Assembly: GCA_043228905.1 (NCBI GenBank)
Contig: JBHGNT010000847.1
Coordinates: 1-14,703 of the forward strand
DNA from: Azolla caroliniana
Lineage: Eukaryota; Plantae; Polypodiophyta
DNA: 14,703 nucleotides
Reading direction: 5' to 3'
Shown: one piece after another, positions 1-8,700 of the stretch
How positions within the stretch are numbered: the stretch's first letter is position 1
Layout of the letters: each line of letters starts with the position of its first letter
Translations under genes and position numbers: made by a program
Notes under the pieces: generated by a model
Database searches by the model: none
What the model was told of the DNA's origin: nothing
Seen by the model: the letters and a program-made list of their open reading frames with translations, nothing else

Positions 1-73
1 AATCCGTTTGGATTGGGTATGGGTGTCGGTGCAGGGAATTTCAAGACATTAAAAGAAAAGGAGATAAAAAATG
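1..73 (+). CDS. LHCA5: Light-harvesting chlorophyll a/b-binding protein (Lhca5-like), penultimate coding exon, 5'-truncated by the window edge
   Basis: Frame 1 reads NPFGLGMGVGAGNFKTLKEKEIKN(G), i.e. the LHC (F)NPLG...KEIKNG motif leading into helix A. A phase-1 GT donor lies at 74 (g|gtgatg). Confidence 0.9.
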
Positions 74-171
74 GTGATGTGTTATTTCTTACCATATTAT
101 AGCTTGACATGTTTAGTGTCGATAAATAATTAATTTGCTGATTCTGTTTGTTGACATTGATATATTTGTAG

Positions 172-311
172 GAAGGTTGGCAATGGTGGCAATGGTTGGT
201 TTTGTGATTCAAGCATATTTGACGAACGTTGGACCCATTGACAATCTCTTGACTCACTTGTCTGACCCTTGGCACAACACTGTTGTACAAACCCTTACCA
301 CTCAACACTAA
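172..311 (+). CDS. LHCA5: Lhca5-like LHC protein, last coding exon
   Basis: Intron 74-171 ends tttgtag. The spliced frame gives (G)[45 protein letters not shown] with TAA at 309-311. KEIKNGRLAM and GPxDNLxxHLxDPWH are LHC hallmarks. EIKNGRLAMxAM, QA, GPIDNL and PWHxTxxQTL fit Lhca5 better than Lhca4 (subfamily call from memory of the family). Confidence 0.88.
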
Positions 312-675
312 CTCTCATCTTGTATATTATGATACATATATTTTGACAATGCTTAAACACTGGAATATTGTTGATGTCTTGAGGAGTCCTCTTGCTCTCA
401 TATTGTATGGTCCGAAGTCAATAAATGACTTTTTTTTTGCTTACACATGTCCGAAGTTATCCATTTCTTTACATTAACATGTTTGTCTCTATCAAGAAGT
501 GCAAATATGTTTGGACTAGTTCAGGGGATATTTTTTTTGTAGGATTTAGAATGCTCGGCTTTATTAGAGATTTGGGTTAGCTCTTTTGAAATAGGTTTGG
601 ATATGTCCAGAAATTACGAAACTATTTTTTTTTCTATTTTATTGTTGTGTTATTATATAGCAAGAGTGCAAAACA

Positions 676-757
676 GGTTTAATGAATAGAAGGCTAGGGT
701 AATGTAATTGTACATAAATGAATGCAATGGGTTTAATTAAAAGAAGGCTAGGGTAAT
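676..757. repeat. Short direct repeat, about 28 bp x2, 54-bp period
   Basis: ggtttaat....agaaggctagggtaat at 676-703 and 730-757; the 16-bp core agaaggctagggtaat is identical at 688 and 742. Confidence 0.75.
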
Positions 758-771
758 TAATATATGTGCCC

Positions 772-1024
772 ATAATTAAAGATGAGTTGTCAAGAATCTA
801 GTAAAAAATAATAATGAAGTTGTAATAATGGGTCCAACTAATTCTTAACATCTTCATATATTTCTTGTTCTAGGGATAGTGTCCTCTAGGGAAAATATAA
901 TTAAAGATGAGTTGTCAAGAATCTAGTAATTTTAAAAAAATGAAGTCATTCTAAGAATGGATCCAATCTAACTCTTAACATTGTCATATTTCTTGTTCTA
1001 GGGATGGTGTTCTCTTGGGAAAAT
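772..1024. repeat. Diverged tandem duplication, about 125 bp x2
   Basis: Copies at 772-896 and 897-1024 both start ataattaaagatgagttgtcaagaatctagtaa and contain tcttaacat...atttcttgttctagggat...gggaaaat. Confidence 0.9.
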
Positions 1025-1964
1025 AGAATCTCCCTTGAAGGATTGTCTCCATTTAGTGGTGGCTAAAGCACATTACAACCTTCAAAGTTCTCTTTTGAAT
1101 GGGATTCAAGCTCTAAATGAAGGCTATCACATTGTGCGTCGCTCTCAAATTTGAGGTTTCTACCATGTGCTAATCGATTGTTAGCATTGTCAATCATAGG
1201 GTAGTAGTTCTCACATAAGTGAGAGAACCCCAATATATTGGTAACATAGATGTCCATGGTGTTCTCGTAAATGACATTTCTAAAGCCATTAAAAACATTG
1301 ACAATTATTTTTTCACAAAGATAATCGACATCAAATTAGTGCTATTAATCAATGCTTAATGCATTTATTCTTGTAAACTATAACATATCAATAAACCATC
1401 CTCCAAATTCAGTTATGTATGAAAAAAGAGGCGTGAATCATGTTTTATAAGAAGTAATACATGATATCAATTAACCATACTAATTCAGATCAAAAGCTAT
1501 GATTTACATAAACTAACAACATATCAACAATAAATTAATATCATGCCAAGGATATTGAATGGTTGAGAGTTTACGTTTTCATCATCGTTGGTGTTGTGTG
1601 GTGTAATTGGATACCAAACCGTTCCGTTCTTGAAGGTTTGGTGTCCAACGAAGGTTTGTCCCATGGAGCACAAGTGTTGACTTGCTAAAACTAGATCAAT
1701 GGGCTTATCATATAATAAGTTTAGGATTTCCCCTCTCCAACTATTGGTATTCTCCTTGAGCAATATGGGCCAATGAAGCATGGGGATCTTACTGATTTCT
1801 TGAAATAATGAAAATGAAGGACAAGAAAAGTTTTTTCTTTTTTTTGTTAAATCCAAAATGGAATCAAGTTGTTATGGGTTCCGACTTCACCAGTTGTGAG
1901 AGTAAGACTATGTTTTCTATTTAGTATCCTTAAATTATATGCTTTGCCTAGCAAGACACCTTTA

Positions 1965-2088
1965 CACACATACTACATACATAGATACATACTTGCAATT
2001 ACATACATATGCACATATATTGCACACAACCACACATGCATTTATAAATATACAATATATATGTATGCATGTATATGTGTGTGTGTGT
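1965..2088. repeat. Degenerate (TACA)/(AC)/(TG) microsatellite tract
   Basis: Run of acacatactacatacatagatacatac...atatatgtatgcatgtatatgtgtgtgtgtgt. Confidence 0.75.
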
Positions 2089-2174
2089 TGCTTGTGTCTA
2101 TTTGCAACCAAATAATAAAGAAGCTTGGTGAGGGAATCACGATCATAGATGGTGCAAGGAGCGTTTTAACAACA

Positions 2175-2664
2175 CCATGCAATTTGCACCATCTTATCAT
2201 TGTCCAGAAGTGTGCACCCATAACTAACTTGACTTTATCTAGCATCTGTCATGTCTAACCCGGGTTGATGAAATTTCTAACACGGCTTTGTCCTTGCATC
2301 ATTCATGTCTAACCCAACCCAAAGTTGTTAGCCTAGTTTACTTTTTTCTAACACAGCCTCGCCTTTCTAACCCTACCCAAGTTTGTAACCCTGCTACTTG
2401 CATCTAAGCCATGCAACCCCATGCAATTTGCACCATCTTATCATTGTCCACAAGTGTGCACCCATAACTAACTTGACTTTATCTAGCATCTGTCATCTCT
2501 AACCCGGGCTGATGAAATTTCTAACACGGCTTTGTCCTTGCATCATTCATGTCTAACCCAACCCAAAGTTGTTAGCCTAGTTTACTTTTTTCTAACACGG
2601 CATCGCCTTTCTAACCCAACTAACCCTACCCAAGTTTGTAACTTTGCTACTTGCATCTAAGCCA
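2175..2664. repeat. Near-identical tandem duplication, about 240 bp x2, rich in CTAACC motifs
   Basis: Copy 1 is 2175-2411 and copy 2 is 2419-2664 (ccatgcaatttgcaccatcttatc ... cttgcatctaagcca). They differ by a few substitutions plus a 9-bp insertion in copy 2 near 2618-2626. Confidence 0.95.
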
Positions 2665-2665
2665 A

Positions 2666-2863
2666 TTGAAATTTCTAAAGAGACTAGAAACTTCAAAGGT
2701 CACCAAAACATTTCAAAAACATATTTTGAGATCAAAATATCCGAGTTTTAGATATAAAAGCTCCACTCACCAAAAACTTCAAAAATCACCAAATCTAAAT
2801 AAAAAAATCACAGATAATTAAAACCGCCTAACCTTCTTAGATTTCATCCACCATAAAAGTTTT
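2666..2863. repeat. A-rich repeat, left part (interrupted by the LINE)
   Basis: 2719-2818 (acatattttgagatcaaaatatccgagttttagatataaaa...caccaaaaactt...ctaaataaaaa) is a diverged direct copy of 4244-4341. aagagactagaaacttcaaag near 2677 recurs as aagagacacgaaacttcaaag near 4052. Confidence 0.7.
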
Positions 2864-3999
2864 TTTTTTTTTTTTCCAAAAAAAACTCCTTCCATTAGTT
2901 ATAAAATTTTACATATGAGATTAATATATACAAATCCCTGTAGGGATGCGATGAGTCCATCTTATGTGGATGCCCATCTTATGTGGAGGTCGACCATTGC
3001 TGGATGAAGGCTAGTCATTGTCTTTCAACTCCATCGGAGTCGCCCTTGAGGCCATCATATTGGCTTTTTAGAGTGGCTACAACTCCACTCCATATCTCTT
3101 GCATTAACACGGATGGCTGTGCGATTTGGTTGGAGAAGACCCGTCTACACCCTTGTTTCCATAGAGTCCAAAGAGTTATTAGGCTAACCAATCCCAACAC
3201 AACTTGAGATTTTCCATTGATAGGAGTTAAGTGGACATTTTCGATAGTGGAGAAAAAAATCTCTTGTGCGTTTATCACCAAAGCCATCCCCTCTTGATGC
3301 TCGTATCGGTCAATTGGGGCCTGCCATGATAGCCAACATATATTTCCCCACGTGATTAAGCCTTGCACCTGGCATAATTGCAATAAGCGGCCAACCCCCT
3401 GCCATATTTGATGGGCCTTTGGGCAATCCCACAAAGAGTGTCAGATTGATTCTATTGCATTTGGGCACACTACACAATTAGGAGAGGTAAGGTTCCCACG
3501 CTGCATGCACCAACCGATAGTGACCTATGTATTAACAACCATTGGAAAGTGGTGATTCGTCGTGAGTGTTGTTGTTTCCAGATTTTTTCCCAAAACTTGG
3601 TGATAATTGTGTGAGGAACCTGATATGTGTGCCAGACCTTTGCAACGGCCGGCTCTCAGGCGGTTTGAGCAGCTAGAATATGGCGACCCAATCTAGTTGT
3701 GAATTGAAAGAAAGGGATGGGTTTGCTTCCTTGCCCTGCGTAAGGATCAGGTCATGTCCATTGCAAAGGGTCCCAACTAACCTTACGTAGCCATGTGTTT
3801 TCGTGAGTACATATGTGCCAATCTTATTGTACTTTGACAGGATCAGGATCTACAATCCATTTATGCCCAGTATACGCTAGTACTCGAATTGCATTATTCT
3901 GTGTTGGTGTCTCATTGTCTTGCAATTCAGAGCTTGCGATCCTCTCTGGTGTTTCCCTACCTCTTGGGATCAAAGAACCCTCCTCGTAGCTTATCCTCT
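2864..3999 (-). mobile_element. 5'-truncated, decayed non-LTR retrotransposon (LINE), ORF2 C-terminal zf-RVT region with poly-A tail and TSD
   Basis: The minus strand reads FWEKIWKQQHSRRITTFQWLLIHRSLSVG/(frameshift)...CVVCPNAIESI*HSLWDCPKAHQIW...ITLWTLWKQGCRRVFSN, the zf-RVT CxxC...ESxxHxxWxC signature plus the WxLWKxRxxxVF motif of plant LINE ORF2. Poly-A is the T16 run at 2860-2875. The TSD is caccataaaagtttt (2849-2863) / caccgtaaaagtttt (4000-4014). Confidence 0.93.
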
Positions 4000-4341
4000 C
4001 ACCGTAAAAGTTTTAGCCAACATAAAAATTCAGCCACCAATTTTCTTTTTGAAGAGACACGAAACTTCAAAGATCTCACAAAAAGCTTCAAAGATCACAC
4101 ATATTTTGCAAAACCAAAATCGTCAAAGATAATGAGGTCTTCATATTGAAACGATTTTAAAATTTTGGCTGCCATAAAAAACTTCAACCACAAAAACGTT
4201 AAGACCCGAAAAATTTTCAACCACCATAAAAAAATTTAGTAATACATATTCAGAGATCAACATCTCAAAGTTTTAGATATGAAAACTCTAGTCACCAAAA
4301 ACTTAAAAAATCATAGGACCTAAATAAAAAGTTAGAGATCA
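4000..4341. repeat. A-rich repeat, right part (continuation after the LINE)
   Basis: Repeated sub-motifs (ccataaaaa, cttcaaagatc, caaccac) and a block 4244-4341 homologous to 2719-2818. Confidence 0.7.
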
Positions 4342-5576
4342 TGCCTCTAGCCTCTTGTTCAATGGATGGCAAAATACACCCACAAAATTTTGCAACAATC
4401 AACATTAAAGTCCTTGAAGTTAATGTCAAGCTATCACAATACAAACTTTTTACCTTTTAAGTCTCACATATTGGCAACTGCCTCTTAGCAAACGAGCACC
4501 TCTTTGTAATCTTCCACGTGTGTTTTGGTCTTGTTTGGGGAGCTTCCAATAAGTTATTGCGATGCATAATCTGAATGTAGATTATATGCAATGCTCATAG
4601 ACCGAAGCTTCGAAGAGGATGTCGATTCCGAAGATAAGATAATAACAAAATAAGAATACAAGAATTTGTATTACCTAAAGACCAAGATGACAAAGGTGTT
4701 GAAGCTTGACGTTGAACTTGAGTGGTTCAATAATAAGCAGATCTTCCACTTACATAGTATACATGGGATCACGCATGATTACCACTTGGCATACATGCAT
4801 GCATGCCATTTGGTGATCATCCATTGTGTATAGTACCACATAACTCTTAACTAAAAATAATATGAAATGCATATTTGTTAATTCTCGTTTGGAGGTTATA
4901 GGTTTGAATTTTGATATTGATGTTTTGTGACAACATGCACATCAATACCATCCACAACAATTTGAATGCATGAATAGTTGGAATGTACTCTTGAATGCAG
5001 ATTATACCCATTCGCATCTCTCTCTCTCTCTAAAGTTCTTGGACATCGAGAGTCGCTACTCATGTTCACATATATTATGTGAAGTGTAATATTTTTGGTC
5101 TCGTAGGGTCATATTTGACCTTCGAAGACAATAGTAAAGTATGTACTCGATACTTTGAGAAAAATATACAGCACATAACAGTTAGTAATATCATGGAAGG
5201 ATTGGCCCGGGTTAGAGAATCCTCGGGCCAGGTTGTATGTAAGCATAGTACGTAATATACTTGAATGCATTGGCAAATATTCTTTTTCATATGAACGAAA
5301 ACGAATGTGTATGTTATCAAAACATTCGTATGTTATTATTATTATTATTACACTTTTAACCTTAATTTTCTTACCTCAAAATAAACAATGAATACAAAAG
5401 TATGCTACATACTTTCAGTACTATTTACCATACTATGGAGGGTGTTTACCGTACGCGAATGGTAGAAACATTCTCGAATGCGAATGCGAATGCACGTATG
5501 GTGCGTATGGTTCATAATATGTATGTAATTTGTGAAAGAAGAATGCGTAGAAAGAGATTTTTGAGTAGAAAGCAAT

Positions 5577-5721
5577 ATGCAGCATCCTCATCACTCCTCC
5601 CGGAAGAACCCATTTGCGATCGATGCACAGCAAAATGGCGACGAAATGCAGCAGAAGAACCCCCCACACCTTCATCTTCATCATCATCATCAATGTCATG
5701 ATCATCATCTATCAGAGGAAG
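5577..5721 (+). CDS. SPIDR-like gene exon 1 (His-rich N-terminus)
   Basis: ATG at 5577; MQHPHHSSRKNPFAIDAQQNGDEMQQKNPPHLHLHHHHQCHDHHLSEE; donor gaag|gtgcca at 5722; the 104-nt intron ends gcgtag at 5825. Confidence 0.65.
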
Positions 5722-8700
5722 GTGCCATTTACATGGATGCTTCTTGTTCTCTTGCACCGCTGCCAAACCTTGTTTTACTTGAATCCGTTCTCTCCATAAC
5801 TTGTCGGGTTGGATGTGTTGCGTAGATGAAGAAAACTTCCCCGATCAAATTGTTTACCATGATGAAGAGCATCTCCAGAACCTATTCAGCTTGTATAATC
5901 GCCCGGAAGAGGTATGCGCACATACATATATGCATGGACCATGTGTTAGTGCAGTACATACAGACATGCACACTCATGTGTATATATTACACACGTACAG
6001 TACGTATAATACAAATATACATACATTGCACACATACACTACATACATATAATACAAACATTGGTACATGCGTATGTGTATATGTACTTCTTGTACTCAT
6101 TTTAAACAAATATTAATCGAAACCATAATTTTAACAAAAATAGGCTTATAGTGCTTCGGGTTAGCATTTAGGGAAGTCAAAATTGAGGTATTTGACTGTA
6201 TCCTGATTAAGGAATTTCATAACTTTTAAATGCTTTATCAATACCTTGAAGTAATCTAGTACAAGTATTATGCATGTATATCTATATGTAAGAATATTTG
6301 TAAATTTATATGTAATGAAATGTATGTATATATACTGTAATGATCAGTTCATGAATCACTTTGCCAAGATTGTCCAGATTGATAAATTCACGAAGTTATG
6401 TTTGTGTGAAATTGTGCTGTATTGGCAAGTTAGCATCAAGTCGTAATGAGCTATCCTGATTACTAGAATAATGAGACATCTAGAATAGTTCCTCAGAAGG
6501 ATTCTTGTTTTGCAATATTGGGCAGGATGATAAGTACCAAGGTGCATCAGAAGCTCATCCGGATGAGACAGGTCACCTTTTAGTCCTTCACTATTAGATT
6601 TTGAACCATGATTGTATATTTTTAGGAACATTCTAAATTCTATTCAAATAAAGGATCTTGTATATGCCTTTTTAACTTTAACATGTTTGTTGTGATAATT
6701 GTTTGCTTGCTTGGTTTTCTTACAAAATCCATCAGCTGTTCAGGTCATGGGAAAATCCTATGTGAGCAGAGATAATGTATAACTATACAGGAAATGGTTG
6801 GTTGTATGGAGAATATTTATATCTTTTATAAATATATAACGATATCTTTCTCTTCTCATGTTTTATGAGAAGTACAAAGATGAAGCACTTCTTTAGGTTC
6901 TATACTCATCTGGGTTTGCCTTCATTGCCAAGGGTGAGGTGCTGTTAAGCCCAAGCATGGCTTTGAAGTCCGAAAAATCCATAAAGAAGAAGATCGGATG
7001 CTACTACTGCCATTAGAAGTAGAATAAAAAAGTTGATAGCAGAATGAAAGGGTTGACCCAAGAATTGTGACTAGTGGATACACAACTCAACCTCTATAAG
7101 GAGGCTATTTCATAAATTCACTGATGGCATTGACCATGATTTACCTATACTAATTTGTTATATTGAGGTTCTGTAAATGTTTGTGCTTGTGCATGGGAAG
7201 CTTGAGTTTGTTTTCTAAAATTCAAGAAAGTGGCATTTAAGAAATTTGGCTAGTAAGTAACTTTTTGAGTCCCATTATTTTTGGTTGGCTAACTGTATCA
7301 AATAGGATGCAGTTATTCTCTAGCATTGGTGAACTATTTAAATTTGAACTTTCAACTCAATTGCACGCCTGTATATCATGCATATGTTACACGTAAAGAG
7401 CTTGTAAGACTTTATCATGCGTTCTTCTGATTTTCAGATTTGGGACAGCAGAGAGTTCATGTTTTTCCAGCCCTTCCATCAGTTCAAGAAATTGCAGTAT
7501 GGAATACTTTAGAGGTTCTTCATCTATTTATGCTATTCTCCGAACGTACTTGTTTTTGAAAATTCAGAAAATTTCATGACTCACGATCTGTCGTTGTGCA
7601 AGAATTTCAGGATGCATTGGAATGCGCTAATCATGACAATGGGAAGCAGAAGATATCTGACAGCATCAGATCTGCCCAACAGAGTACTGATGATCTTCTA
7701 GTACATGAACTAGGAACAGAAAATGTACGTTTAGATTAGTCACAGGCCACTCAAATTATACCATATCCTTCTTCTCTTTGACAAATACAAATACTATCCA
7801 TTTTATATTCGTTATTATTTCAGCCATTTGTAAATCAATCCATGGAACTCATAAGTGATGTCAAGGAAGTGCGGAATTTGAAGGATGCTTGGTATAATTC
7901 TGAGGTGAATGCTGATCTTGGTGAAATGCGATATCACATCCTCCCTCCCTCTACAATGAAGAATAAAAACAATTTAAAGCAGCAGAAAGGTGACATTGCA
8001 CTTACTTTGTTTCTTCAATAAATCTTCTATAACAATAAATCCTCCCTCATTTATTTATTGTCTGGTATCTTCTTGTTACTTGGACAAAAAGCATATCATT
8101 GTATTGCTTTTTTCAATGCTCCAATTTCATTTAAATTATGGTTTTTGTCATTTTATAGTATGGCACTTCATCTCACTCTTCTGTCATTCGAGTCCAAGTA
8201 GACATGCAATGGGGTGTCTATGCACTGATGATTCAGTGTTAGGAAAAGTGTGTGCTCCTAATGGGTTTTCAAAGGATGTGGTTAACACGAATGAGTGAAA
8301 TAAGGATGCCCATAATTAACCACTCTTGCCAGTCTTTATATAAATGTATAGAGATTGGATGGTTCAAGAGCATGCATGGTAGAGACAGCCATACCTATAT
8401 TTGTAAATGTTGATGACATTGTGTTGATTTTTAACTCTCTGGAGGCTTTATAGAGACATTTACGACCTTCAAAGTCAGACAAATATTAAAATAGGGAATT
8501 CTTGATACATAGAACATGAATAAATTCTAATTTAGATGAATTTAAGGAAGATGAATCGCTCGAATTTTGGCAAGGCCTGTGCAAGATTAATATCTTCACT
8601 GCCTTTTGTTATCCCAGCTTCTCTGAATTCCTGTTTCACTGAAAATATTATCCTTCACCACGTTTTACTTTCTTTTTAATGCCGGGGCACCACATTTAAT

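Noticed and set aside
283-477. 64-aa ORF from the track
   Set aside because: Out of frame with the Lhca5-like last exon and running through its 3' UTR; no recognisable motif.
1869-2258. 129-aa plus-strand ORF (also the 3' parts of ORFs 5801-6052 and 5826-6116)
   Set aside because: Open only because (TACA)/(TG) microsatellites lack stops; Y/I/H/T/C-repetitive translation.
5205-5218. 14-bp inverted match to 2496-2509 as possible transposon TIRs
   Set aside because: No TSD or extension, and one match of this length is plausible by chance in 14.7 kb.
5433-5766. Antisense ORFs with poly-Met and poly-Asp
   Set aside because: Shadow frames of the (CAT)n tract in exon 1.
5402-5911. Apparent single frame with two in-frame TGAs (5699, 5780), plus another at 6763, suggesting recoding, selenocysteine or a pseudogene
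   Set aside because: Explained by the 5722-5825 intron joining the 5577 frame to 5826, and by exon 6526-6571; no read-through is needed.
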